Part shown: in pieces, positions 1 to 12,002 of the stretch | Numbering within the stretch: position 1 is the stretch's first letter | How the letters are laid out: each line of letters opens with the position of its first letter | Assembly (NCBI GenBank): GCA_009103225.1 | Contig: RHPI01000797.1 | Span: 1,002,457-1,066,456, forward strand | Source: Chlorokybus atmophyticus | Taxonomy: Eukaryota > Plantae > Mesostigma and Chlorokybus algae | Direction of reading: 5' to 3' | DNA: 64,000 bases | The notes under the pieces: model-generated | What the model was told of the DNA's origin: nothing | Databases searched by the model: none | What the model saw: only the letters and a program-made list of their open reading frames with translations | Program-made: the position numbers and the translations under genes

Positions 1-868
1 ACTTCCAGAATTGAGCTACAAATCGCGGATCGCGATCAGACACAAAGTTGCGCGGCAGGCCGTGCAACTTAAAAACAGACGCGACAAAAACCATTGCTAA
101 ATCGCGGGAGCCTATCTCCGTGCGACAAGGGATAATATGAACCATTTTTGTCAATCGGTCCACAAAAACTGCAACCGCAGTGTGGCCTAATTGTGTCTTA
201 GGGAGCTCAGTAATAAGGTCCATACTCACACTTTCCCATTTGCCATCAGGAACAGGCAAAGGTCGCAGCAACCCAGCGGGTTTCTGACGTAACGGCTTGT
301 CACGCTGACATTTGTCACAGGTGTCAACATAACGCTTTACGTCAACAGGCAACGATGGCCACCAGTACAGCTGTTGCGCTGCCTTGGTAGTCTTGCGATT
401 TCCAAAGTGCCCAGCGTACGGTGGGTCGTGTACATCAGCTATGCATTGCATGCGTAGCCCAGCATGGTCAGGTATCACCAAGCTAGCACCCATATAATAC
501 AAGTTGTCTCGTGCTTCAAGCTGTTGTATATTCTCTTGCCGTGAGAACCATGGGTCTAAGGAATACCCATGCAAAACAGATTGCACAAATGCATCATTAG
601 CGGGCAATGTAACTTGCGTCGCAAGCAATTGCGCACGCATAACTGCCAATAATGACGGACAGCGACTTAAAGGATCTGCCACATTAGTTCTGCCAGGCCG
701 ATATACCCATTCAAAAGTATATCGCGACAGAAACTCATTCCAGCGAGCTTGCCTACGTGACAAGGTCAGCTGCGTTGAGAAGTATACTAATGGGTTGTGA
801 TCAGTCACCACTGTGAACTGAACTTCCTCTAAGTAACATCGCCAAGTTTCGAGAGCATGTACGACACC
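1..868 (-). CDS. pol: pol fragment: C-terminal RNase H plus integrase (zinc-binding region and start of catalytic core), open to the window edge
   Basis: Manual translation is stop-free: GVVHALETWRCYLEEVQFTVVTDHNPL..WNEFLSRY..YRPGRTNVADPLSR..HDPPYAGHFG..YWWP..CDKCQRDK..WESVSMDLITELP..VFVDRLTKMVH..VSDRDPRF. Not in the ORF track, presumably because it has no stop inside the window. Confidence 0.9.
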
Positions 869-932
869 AGTTAACTGCTTGTATCTCAAGCAACTGACTA
901 TCAACCTTTGCTACATCAGCCACAGCGTAATC

Positions 933-2438
933 CTATTCAACCTTCTTGGCTTTGCCCTTCGCCTTCGTAGGACAGGCCTTTGCAACGTGACCCGGCTGAT
1001 GGCAGATGAAACAGGTGCGAGCTGCAGTAGGTGCATTACCAGCAGACGTACCACCAATTCGAGGAGCGAATGTCTTCGCTTTCTTCGCCACATGTACACT
1101 CGGCGGAGGATAGCGCTTTATTCCCCCCCCTTGCAGCTTGGGCATAGCTGTCACGTTCGACTTTTCCTGCACGACCGTGTCATCATTGTACAGGTAAACA
1201 CTTAGCTTTTGCAGCTTGGCCAAGTCATCAGGAACCCAAGGAAGCCCCGTTGCAGTGTTGTACTGCAGCTGATCGCGAACACGCGCATCCAAGCCACGCT
1301 TGTACAACTCGAACTGCTCTGCTTTGTCCATAGGCATCAGGCCGCTATTGGCACGACCAACTAATGCTTCGAACTCCTGCAGATACACTGATGCTGCTCG
1401 ACCATTCTGTCGCAACTTGCTAAGTTTGTTACGAGCCTGAGTAGCCGGATCCATGTCACCATAGCGCTCCATCAGAAGCTGAAACAGTGCTGGTACTGTC
1501 TTCACAGCGCCATGCTCTGTTTGTCGTGCCCACTCGGCGAGAGCATCAGATGGCATCAGCAACTCAGCAACGGCAACGTGCTCACCCACCGGGCGATTTA
1601 GCGCTGTCAGGTAATGTTCGACAGTCACCACCCAATCATGGATACTTACACTACCGTTAGGCTTGAACTTTTCAGGTTTGTTCAATGCCGTAACCGGCAG
1701 CCCCACTGATGCGCCAACTGATGAAGCAGCACCCGCTACTTGCTGACGCAGCGCCATCAACTCAGATTGCATCGCATCGAGGCGTGCCTCCAACTTCACT
1801 CGGCCAGCCAACTTATTTTCCAAGTTAGGTCCCAAGTACCAGAACACATCCTTGCAACGCTGCTGCGTTTCAACCATCAAGTTGGCTAAGGCCTCAAACG
1901 CCATCCGCTTCCCTTCGTATGGGAGCGGCCTATCGTAGACGGCCATCAGAGCAGCCACTTTTGGATCACCACGCACGAGTGGCGGAACATTGTTCGTCAA
2001 CTCGTGCTCAATCATGCGGATCACCATCTCCTTACTAGTGCGAGGGAGAGTGGCAAAATCTGTTTCATAGCCATTACGAACCTTCTGCGCCCATGCATCC
2101 CACACTTCTTGACGAAGCTGCGGGTGGGCGTCAAGTAAAGTCTTGCGCTCGCGCGCATACTTTTCAATGGCTCCGCCAATGACACTCGGTGTGTCCATTA
2201 CAGCTGGCTCACTGTGGGTAGACAGGTCGGGGGAAGCTTCGCTATCTTGCTTAGCCTCTTCTTCCTTGTCACTGTCAGTGAGCTTATAGCTCTCACTCGT
2301 GTCCGAGTCCCTCACTTTGTCATCACTGGATGGCTCATATGAGGATGATGAATCAGGGACGGTGAAGTACTTTTCACCTCCCTCTCCTTGGTCAGACATC
2401 TGCCCAAGGATAACACTGTTCAAATAGTGCACAAACAC
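933..2438 (-). CDS. gag: Gag polyprotein with C-terminal CCHC zinc knuckle (likely ATG at 2399)
   Basis: 501-aa ORF with capsid-like motifs (KPEKFKPNG..WV..VEHYL; ARNKLSKLRQ..YLQEF) and CFICHQPGHVAKAC. Confidence 0.85.
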   Translation of the reverse strand: MFVHYLNSVILGQMSDQGEGGEKYFTVPDSSSSYEPSSDDKVRDSDTSESYKLTDSDKEEEAKQDSEASPDLSTHSEPAVMDTPSVIGGAIEKYARERKTLLDAHPQLRQEVWDAWAQKVRNGYETDFATLPRTSKEMVIRMIEHELTNNVPPLVRGDPKVAALMAVYDRPLPYEGKRMAFEALANLMVETQQRCKDVFWYLGPNLENKLAGRVKLEARLDAMQSELMALRQQVAGAASSVGASVGLPVTALNKPEKFKPNGSVSIHDWVVTVEHYLTALNRPVGEHVAVAELLMPSDALAEWARQTEHGAVKTVPALFQLLMERYGDMDPATQARNKLSKLRQNGRAASVYLQEFEALVGRANSGLMPMDKAEQFELYKRGLDARVRDQLQYNTATGLPWVPDDLAKLQKLSVYLYNDDTVVQEKSNVTAMPKLQGGGIKRYPPPSVHVAKKAKTFAPRIGGTSAGNAPTAARTCFICHQPGHVAKACPTKAKGKAKKVE

Positions 2439-3214
2439 GGAAAGTTGTGCACTATGAAAACGTCGAATACTAGTGATTTTGTCCTGTCAAGTTTGGAGGG
2501 GTAAACGTGGAGTATTCAGCCCAAACAAGAGCTCTCCACACACCTCTCAACTAGACAATCACTGTGCAACAAACCGCACGCGAATGCACGCGACGGCTCA
2601 CGAGCTATGGCTGCTCAAAGTTTTCACTTTGTACAACCCAGCTCAACTTACAATCACAATTGACACCCAAAGTGCCAAAATCTCGTTGAATCAGCCCTAC
2701 AGGCCGATATCGACAAGTTGTGAGTTGTGAGTTTGATATCGACCGCACAGAAAAATTCTGGCGGCCTCACCGCACTGACTGGCGGTACCGAGACAGTCGA
2801 TGTTGCCACCGAACTGCCCCCAAGGGAATTTATCCAAAAAAATAGATAAAAAGCCCTTCACCACCACGAATCCACGTGGTGGTTAGCACACAAAGATTAT
2901 AGTAAACAATATATGATTACTATGTTATGTGCTTGGATGCAATGCTTCAGGGAGGGGCCTGGATGGCCGCCCCCCTTCACACAATAACAACTAAACTAGG
3001 ACAAGTTAGGCATGGCATGGCATGGCATGCATAGGCTAGGCTAGGCTAGGCTAGGCACCAGCAGCAGCGTTTAACTACAACAGTTAAACCAAACAAAACT
3101 TTTAACTACCGCTAGTTTGCCGCCGCAGTGCCGCCTGCCGCCGCAGTGCCTGCCGCCGCCCCTGCAGTGCCTGCCGTCTGCCGCCGCCCCTCCCACAGGC
3201 CCCTTGCCGCCCGT

Positions 3215-3226
3215 GCTCCGATACCA
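3215..3226 (-). promoter_or_regulatory. Primer-binding site (initiator Met tRNA type)
   Basis: TGGTATCGGAGC on the minus strand, 1 nt inside the LTR end; one G:U wobble from the canonical TGGTATCAGAGC. Confidence 0.75.
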
Positions 3227-3227
3227 A

Positions 3228-3566
3228 TGTCAGGAGAGAGGGTGTGCCCCTCCTCCCTTTAATCCCCTACCCCAACACCACCACCAGCCTCGCCGCCGCC
3301 GCCGCCACTGCCGGGGCAGTTGCCAGAGCAAAAGATGCTCTGGCTATGGCGGCCGCTGCGTTAGCAGCGCCGCCATGCAGCTGATATCGACATGAGACTC
3401 ATGTCTCATGTCGATATCAGTGTTATAGTTAAGTAACACTACATTAGGGCCTTAACATCAGGTTAACGGCCCTAATAAGGCTTAATAGGCTGTATAATCC
3501 CGTTGGGACCCTTATTTAATCTTAAATAAGGGCGGGGAACCTCTATGGAGGTAGCACACCGTTACA
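3228..3566 (-). repeat. Putative 5' LTR (~339 bp) of the Gypsy element
   Basis: Starts TGTAACGG at 3566 and ends ..CTGACA at 3228, next to the PBS. The partner LTR is outside the window, so the outer boundary is inferred. Confidence 0.6.
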
Positions 3567-3571
3567 TTGAA

Positions 3572-4077
3572 TGTAACGGACGATCAAATAATAACGCCAC
3601 AATGGCCACAAAACACACTTCGTGCTTTTGTGGCCTAGTGGTCTGTTACATTGGTAATCGGAGCTTGAGACCAAAAAGGTCCTGAGGTCGAAACCGCCTG
3701 GTGGCGGTAGACCAAGAAGGATTTTTGAGGTTGTTGTTATCGATCCATAATGGGTCGCGCGTCAATGCGCGACTTGCCGGATGGCAGTCGGACATTCTGA
3801 CGCGTCGCGCGTACCTGGAGCCGCCGCTGGGTAGTACCGCGCGACTTGCCTGACGGCGACTGACAGTCGGTCCCATACGCGCAATGCGCGCTGCGACTGC
3901 TCAGTGATGATTGCAAAATCGCTTCCACTGCTCAGTGACGAGAAGCCCTATAGAAACTCACATCTAATGAGGACATTAGATACCTAAGTGGGGGGGAATG
4001 TCACGGACGATTAAATAATAACGCCACAATGGCCACAAAACACACTTCGTGCTTTTGTGGCCTAGTGGTCTGTTACA
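3572..4077 (+). mobile_element. TRIM (terminal-repeat retrotransposon in miniature)
   Basis: Two 79-bp direct repeats, 3572-3650 and 3999-4077 (TGT..ACA, 2 mismatches); PBS-like TGGTAATCGGAGC at 3652; polypurine tract AAGTGGGGGGGAA directly before the second repeat; no recognisable coding region. Confidence 0.85.
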
Positions 4078-4813
4078 GCACAAGCCAGCGGTGCAACTTA
4101 ATACCACGCGGCTGATCCGCCATTCACTGCTCAACGGTCAACACTTCGTACTTTGCCTAGGAGCTCGACAATAAACGCATAGTTTTATAAGATCAGAATG
4201 CCATCAAGTAATTCGTCATGTGCTAATGATTTATTTCCTTAGCACAATTTCAGCCAGTGAGAGAAATTTGCATCTCCGCATCATTGCGTAAGTACTGCAA
4301 AGTCAACGCTTGCAGAGATGCCGTGCGTCGTGATGATTGCGACTTCAAAGCCACACAACATTGCGCAGCTTTGTCTATTACAATGTTAAATTTGCTTTAT
4401 GAAGCCTTAAGCCATGCCATGCCACAAGTTGTGGACATGCCATCCCTGCATTGCATACACCACCATCAGCAGGGAAGAAGCAATGTCAAAGCGGCTTCTT
4501 CCGTTCAGACATTGAATCTTAAAAACATCAAAATATCAAATGTCTTACCTCTGCTTATGATGATAATATTGCAGAATGAGGGCATATATGTCCTAGCTGG
4601 ATATGAAATATCGTGACACCTTGTTAATTAAACAAGGTTTGTTCTTTGCATGCTAATGTCACAAGGTGCTGCGTGAGGTGCTCGTTATATTGTCCGCTTG
4701 GCAGTCGGGGGTTGAAAAATAGCCAGCACATATTCTTCGCTGCAGACAGTTAAAAAACATCAAGAAGCACTTATCATAACGTATGATACCAAGTGCTTCA
4801 ATCACTACATATA

Positions 4814-4992
4814 CTGTATTTGCCCGAATACCCCCCCCCCCCCCCTCAATCAACGAGGGGGGGTGTTTTGGGCNNNNNNNNNNNNNNNNNNNNNNNNNNN
4901 NNNNNNNNNNNNNNCCCCCCCCCCCGCCCGGAAAGTAATGGGGGGTGTTGTACTAAAGGGGGGGGGGAGGGGTTATATCCGGGCAAATATCG
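4814..4992. mobile_element. Small Tc1/mariner(pogo)-type MITE spanning an assembly gap
   Basis: TA|CTGTATTTGCCCGAATA ... TATCCGGGCAAATATCG|TA: imperfect 17-bp TIRs with TA on both flanks. Confidence 0.5.
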
Positions 4993-7614
4993 TACCGTTC
5001 GTGGCAAAAGTACAAAATGCATTGCAACGCGTCGTGACATTGACATGCAAGGAGAAAAGTTCTCACTTGCTAAAGCAGTTCGCTATTTTATTGCCATCAA
5101 CAAAAATACCTTCATCATGCAGCAACACGATACGCATAAGAAAGACATTAAAAGTTGACTCCAACTTGTGTTAATCATTTCACACAACTTCTGGCTAATT
5201 TTTGGTGTCAACCCTTAGGTGTTGAAAATGTATAACTTTTGAAGGGTTTTACAACGCTGGAGTATACCTAAAGATTTACAATAAAATGACAAGTATAAAG
5301 ACAACTATATATGTGAAACTAAAATAACACATATACCTGATGTAATAACATATAGAAATTAACACATATATCTGTTGAAATGAATTGTTGTTTCATTCCA
5401 TACATGAAAACGGGTATACATGTTTAGATGAAACAAGATTTTATTCCAACAGGATTGCATATGATAGGCAGCTACCTGTTGGACAGGTATACCTGTTTCT
5501 ACATCTACATGTTACTTCCGGCGATTTCAACATATATATCTATTTCTGCATACTTGCTGGTTCATTATGCAACATACAATTCCGTACCGTACAACTTACA
5601 AGTTGTTTGTTATATACAACACACATAGCTTACGCATACATGTCTCTGTATATCGTGTACATAATATTGCATCATAAAGTAATTATGATGGTTTATTATC
5701 ATAACAATGAGTTTAATATGCGCTTTTATTAATTGAATCGCGCACTTCCACAAATGCATGCATGTGTATGCTAATGAACTCAATTGGATACGTTTTGAAC
5801 AATATATGTTACTTTTATGTTGTAACAGCTGCGTTTGTGGTTCTTGCATGCATTATCTTGTATAACATCAATATAAACGCGATTAATACATGTCAATGTT
5901 AACATGCGAGATTTATATTAGAGATATGCCATGAGCAATAACTGCATGGGTAATTACAAATGTCGAACATTGTTGTCTTGCTTCGGTAAAAGTGTCAAAT
6001 AAATTGTCTCTTGAATGGAACACCCGGATGAGTCGTGCAATTGGCATCTTACAATATACAATGCTTAATGCTACATATTCAACGGCATGTTATTTCTACT
6101 TTTTTGGTAATGTACTATCAGATTGTGTATGTGAAAACAATTGGGTCGGGGAGGGGGGGGGGATAGATCATTATTACGCCCCCCCTCCTTGATTCCACCT
6201 ACTTGTTAGATTGCAATGCAAACACTTACTTGCGCGCCCACGCGTTGCTTTTGTTGCCTGCAATGCATGTGTGCGCTCACTTTTGAAACAGAATTCAGCG
6301 CTGCAACAAGTTCTGTGCACCAAGTGTATCATGCACCACTGACCAAAATACCAACGATACCACTCAAGACATCCCAATGAATCATGAAACGCAGGGGCAA
6401 GATGCATCTTAAATGTTGTTTGAAACGTTACGGCATAACGTTATGTTATGCCATTAACAATTACTCAGTTGGTTGTAGCAACAACCGCCCTGTTCAACAT
6501 ATGCACATGCACGCCCAAGATGTGTGCATGCAGAGTAGGCCTACCTTGAAAGCCGCGCATTGAAAACCGTTTCAAACTACTGAGGATTAACATATTCTCC
6601 TGAAGAGGAGGGNGGGGGGGGGGAGATGTGTACATGCAATCAGTTTGCTGCAATGTGATGCGGGCTTTGAAGATCGCAATTATTGCAAGTTCATGCCAAG
6701 AACAACTACTTAGGAGGAAGAGGCTGTACTTGATGGGGTTAAAGCCCGGCCGAGATCCCGCTTGTAGCTAGATGTAACAAAAGCAGTGTGTCATAAGCGC
6801 GAGGGAGCAGCGCGGGCGGCGAAGCTAGCGATGCGCGGCTAGTATAGCAACTTAATAGGTGACAAAGTTCACCCGCTTACAGCAAAGCCCTACGGCCGGC
6901 TGGGGGAGGATTTTTGATGACTGCTACGGCTGTGTGTGAGACGCATGGTGAGGATTGGTGCCGGGTGGAGGGCTTGCTGCAACTAGCATGGTAGCGCTTG
7001 GCATGCGCATTGCGACGCGCGCAGGCGCTGACCATTATGAGGGAGGTGCTGGGGCGGTGGGCCCGGACAGAATGGGCTCGCTGCCCACAAGCCCAGCGAC
7101 AACGATGGAGGAGAACATTGCGCTAGAGATGGATTGAGGAGTGCTGGCAACTGCGCTTGTGGCGATAGTCATGATATGCACTTGTGTACGCGTATGTGTC
7201 GCGTGTTGATGGTGTGGTGTGTTGCTGAGCTGGACACGCGGCACGAAGTTTTGCTTATTCGTACGCTGCGGAGAGATTTGAGCCTGCTGAGCTTGAGAGG
7301 AGGATGCACCACTTTGCCAATGAAATGTCAATTGGCCGCTGTTACCAATACAATTGCCTTACCAATGTAACAAGTTTTTGAAAACAATGCCATGAAACAC
7401 GACAAGGCCCTTCGTAATTACCAATTGTTGAAATTAAGGCCGCACGATGGCCNCCCCCCGACTTGACCATTAGGCCACATGAAAAAGATGGTGACCCAGG
7501 AAATTTCCCATTTGTTTTGTGTGGACTTGGCCCCACGAAAATGCTCCAAACAACTAGGCTTTCATGCCACAAATGCTGCCAATCTCAACACGCATAGTAA
7601 ACAGTTCCTTATGA

Positions 7615-10515
7615 CTAGGCGCCATACTTGGCTGCAAAACCCAGCTTGAAAGTTAGCTCCGCCAAGAAGTGGTCCGCCAGCATCATCCCGTTGGCCCCCT
7701 TCTGCGCAACCACATAACATGTTACACCTCAGATATCAAACTATGTCAGCGTAATAATGTTATGTTACCATGATGCCACATCACCACCATCAGGCAAATA
7801 GAGACACAAAGCACAAACACGCCTCCACAAGTAGATTAGCATTGGTGATGATGTTGGTAAGATACATGCTAATGTGTGCATACCTCTTGGATCTCAGTTT
7901 CAGAAAACTTCTGTGTCATATCTCGTCGCGTTATCCCATCGCATCGGTAGGCTGCCAACATGGGGTGATGCAACCTGACAGTTGGGGCAGTATGTATACA
8001 TACATAACTACAACACATGTTGCAGCCTCATTCTGACACATCACCAAGACAACACACCTGACATCATCAACGTCTCTTGCGCCGCTTCGAAGGTAAGTCT
8101 GGACGGGACGCTTGATGACATCATCGTTGAAGTTGCCATTCCAGATACCATTCGAGTCATCCAGTGTTGGTTTACTACCTGTCCCGCATGACATGCAGTC
8201 AAGGTTATGCAGCCACGTGTGGTCAGCGCTGGGATGGGATATTACATGTGGATGGTATATGTGTCACCTTGGCCTTGTGGCATGGACCCCCAGCTTGCAA
8301 CAACCACCATGTACAGCCCCGAGCTGGCTTCTCCATCAGCAATGGGTCCCCCTGGATTTGTACCAGACTTATCAAGTGGACTGTTGTAAGTGAGGCAAGC
8401 AGTGTCTATAAACACACCTACACAACCACACATTCGCCTGCACACTATCTCGTACACCCTCATGCGCACTCGCAAACAAGCATGCATGCGCATGCACAGG
8501 CGCAGGTAAGCGTGCATGCATACAAGCATGCACTAACGCACACTGATGCATCCAATTGCGTACAACCTTATGCGCTTGTCAGGGCGCACACACAAACACA
8601 ATGAACAAGCACAACAATGGTACCTGAGCCTAAACAATCCACAAAGCCACTCATCCAGCGCAAAGTCGCCACCGCCCTTTCCCACTTGCCTGGAGTCTGA
8701 TAAAGGATCAGCACACGCACGCAAACACACCCACACCCCGCATGCACACCTCTATGCCTCCACTTGGGTCTTCCAAAGCCACGCTCTCCGCGTGCACGTG
8801 CACGAACACCACATCGGCCGAGTTTTCGAGCGCGTGATACACGGCTGACCCCGAAACAGCCATGTGCGGTAGCGGCGTACGAGCGGCCTCCGTACCGACT
8901 GCAAGGTCACATCGCCAAATAAGCTGTTTGAAGTACGGTGGATCATACACACACGAGCATACACACACGCACGCACGCATGCACGCACGCACGCACGCAC
9001 ATCAACTGTGGGACAGCTCCTCCCACACAGTAGTTGTCTGCTTTGACATATATCTCAAGTGACAAATGTCTTTGTTAGACACCACTGCAGCCACGATCCA
9101 CCCCACCCCACCCCACCCCCCACATGCCCCCACCCCACTCACCCGCGATCTCAACCGCCCCCTCGTACGTGAGCCCTCCCTCACGACCAACACCTTGGTC
9201 CGGCTCTTCTCTGGTGTCGCGAGCGTCGAGCGAGAGGGCGCGGCAGCCCAGGAGGGACGCGAGGGCGGAGGCGGGGGTGGAGTTGGAGGCGAAGGAGACG
9301 CGCATGCCCTTGTAACTGGAGGTGAGGGAGGGGGAAGGTGGAGTTGGTTGTCAGTGTGTTTGTGTTTGGTTGGATGAGTGATGAGGGCGCAGTATGGGTA
9401 GGTGCGTGCATGTCTGTATGCGTGTGTGCATGGGGGTGGGCGGGCGTGCGGGTAGATGTAGGTGCGTGTGCACGAATGCAGTCGTGGGAGTTGCAATGTG
9501 GATGTCTGTGTGTGTGTGAACGTGTGCATGTGCTTTGTACCCACTGGGGATGGTTTGGATGGTTGCGTGATCGTCATCGCCTATGGCTGCACCTCCGGTG
9601 CCCGAAGGAGGCGGCTGCAGCAGCAGACTATAATGTATTTGACGTGTTGCATGTCTGTGTGAAAACACACGGATGACACACATTGCTTGCTGTAGACAAT
9701 GCACGCTCTTATGCAATGTTACTTGAAACCATTCACGCCCCCAAAAAATATAACAATGCAATAAGCTTCAACACGCGCACTACCCATGCTGACACCGTGA
9801 CACACACGCACGCACACGCATCCCAGCGTTTTGTTACATGGTGACTCACATACACATCTACAGTGTGACATGAGCAGGAATCATTCTCTCTGATGTGCGT
9901 ACCACGTGATGCCTTCCGTAGGTGCCGAGCAGCTGTGCGAGCTCCGACACAGAGCGCGCCACCTCGTCATCTCCCACTACTTGTTCATGACAGGACATTC
10001 ACTCAATTAGCTTTCTAGTTGAATTCCAGTCGCTGTTAGCGACGACAACACACACAATTGTAGACGACACTCAGGAGCAGCACGTGCGCTGGATATATTC
10101 AAGCATGCAGCAATCGTGCAATTTGAGCCAGAAGGCAACAACGACAGCAGCGACACGCTGTTGGTAATGGTGATGATGGTAAAGAAGGAGATCACACAGA
10201 CGATGGCGAGGACCATATCGATGAAGACGATGAAGACGACATCAACACCATGACGGTAACCCACGCACACGCCTTACCATCAGAGTCCAACTGCGCTTCT
10301 TGTTCCCCTTCGTGTTCTTGTTTCCGTTCTCCTCGTTGTTCTCTAAGCGCCAACATGCCGCAGCACCCCCCCACCGCCACCCTCGACAGTCCCGTCACGT
10401 CCTTCTCCACCGCGTCCAGCGTGGAGGAGGAGCAGGAGGAGGAGGAGGAGGGGAGGAGGACGCCGTCGCCGAAGAGGACGACGCATTTGGGGGGACGCCA
10501 GGAGCTGTCCGCCAT
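7615..10515 (-). CDS. Conserved green-lineage protein of unknown function (multi-exon)
   Basis: Phase-consistent exons give MADSSWRPPKCVVLFGDG..GCCGMLAL / DVVFVHVH / GLYMVVVASWG / RPVQTY..DVRLHHPMLAAY..ITRRDM..KFSE / GANGMMLADHFLAELTFKLGFAAKYGA*. This matches, from memory, a land-plant family starting MADKPSR.LVLYGDG and ending ADRFLHEVAFKLWKAPKYGA. Confidence 0.75.
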
Positions 10516-11467
10516 GAGAGGAGGGTGGCGCTTTTTGTTTTTGTTGTTTTGAAGGGAAGGGAAGGGAACTGCTCGTATGTTCACATCTCACTGCTGCTGC
10601 TCACGGATACAAAGCATTGGGATAGTATAGATGATATTGTTGATAAGGGAGTCAGCAAAGCGACCAGGTTGCATGTGCATGCGAGCGGACAGGACCATGA
10701 GGTGCAGTAGTCGAGTGTGTTGCACAATGCCGAGTGATTGGTTCCACGCATGCGACCGACCTAGATAGCATCTCCGTGATGTGAGAGCATCTCTGCTCTC
10801 ACATCACCTCCTCCTGCCCGTACTCCTAGTTTTCCTCCTCCTGGTTCGCCGCCGCCGCCGCCGCCGCCGCCGATGCCACTCCCGCCACTGTGGCCTCAAG
10901 TTAGGGTTTATTCCTGTAGTCCACTCTTGCATCGAGCCAATAGCGGTATATCAATGAATTGAAACTGACGTCGCACCGACATCAGTCAGGAACTTGTATA
11001 TCGTCATCATCCTCCGCACGTGACACCCGCCAGATTAGATCAGATACGTCTAAGGGGAGAGAGAGAGAGAGAGAGAGAGCTTAGGCTTGTGGTGCTAATA
11101 TCAGCAGCCTTGAACTGGGGGGGATGAATCCGCCATCAACCTGCTGATACAGTTTAGTCCTTGGAGTCTCTCTTACCGCTTGAGAATAAGAGAAAGCTGC
11201 TTGTAGCTGGTATCTGAAAGCTACGTACATAGATACAGGGCAACACACAGTGATACGAACATGCACAAGCCCAAGGTGGTCCTGAACAAGGCACTGCAAA
11301 AATGGCAAGCTCTTTGACTGGATAGTTGGGTAGCTGAAGGATATGTGTTGCGGTTGTTTCGTCATCGTCATCGCTGTGACAGTTACATGTTGAACTTTGC
11401 TGCTGCTGCTCATGGCTCTGTAAACTGGCATCACTGCCGCAGGGAGCACGACCGCATAAACAAACTG

Positions 11468-11965
11468 ATGGAGAAGAAAATCCGCGGCGCCCGCTCCGCC
11501 ATCCCCTCCGCCCAAGGTATGTGTAGCGATACAACATGACCACCACCACCAACAACAACAACGAGGACAACAAAAACAGAATCAGCAACATCACCAACAT
11601 GGCCATCACCAGGTCGTCCTCCAAGTGTGAAGACCAAGCCGGTGGCCACAGCCGGCGGTGTCTACGTCAGCGAGGGGCGGACTGATGTGAATGACGATGC
11701 CGCCAGCACCTGCAACGGCGACAAGAAGCAGCAGAGGCGGCCGGCGTGGCAGGACGTGTGGACGCCGCCCGAAGAGCTCAGCGATGGTAGAGGGGATTGG
11801 CAGTATAGCAAGTGTGTGCATACGTGCGTGCGTGTACTGTGCGTGCAAGTGGGCACATGACACGACATGAGTGTGCACACGCAAAAGCATGCGTGTACGG
11901 GTGAATGCGCGCGCTTACACATGCTTAGTGGATGGTCTGCGTGCACACGTGGATCAACCCGCCTC

Positions 11966-12002
<37 letters not shown>

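Larger units (their letters stand above)
1..3566 (-). mobile_element. Ty3/Gypsy LTR retrotransposon (5' LTR, PBS, gag, truncated pol), internally deleted; runs off the window start
   Basis: On the minus strand, in order: LTR with TG..CA ends, Met-tRNA-type PBS, gag with zinc knuckle, then RNase H followed by integrase (Gypsy domain order). Confidence 0.85.

Noticed and set aside
5000-6400. AT-rich ORFs as viral or TE genes
   Set aside because: No recognisable motifs in the frames I examined.
6917-7137. Two-exon mini-gene MTATAVCETH|GADHYEGG..EMD*
   Set aside because: Plausible splice sites but short, with no recognisable motif.
10983-11515. Small minus-strand gene (..QLPNYPVKELAIFAVPCSGPPWA..)
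   Set aside because: Several incompatible splice models; it overlaps the start of a + strand gene; no family recognised.
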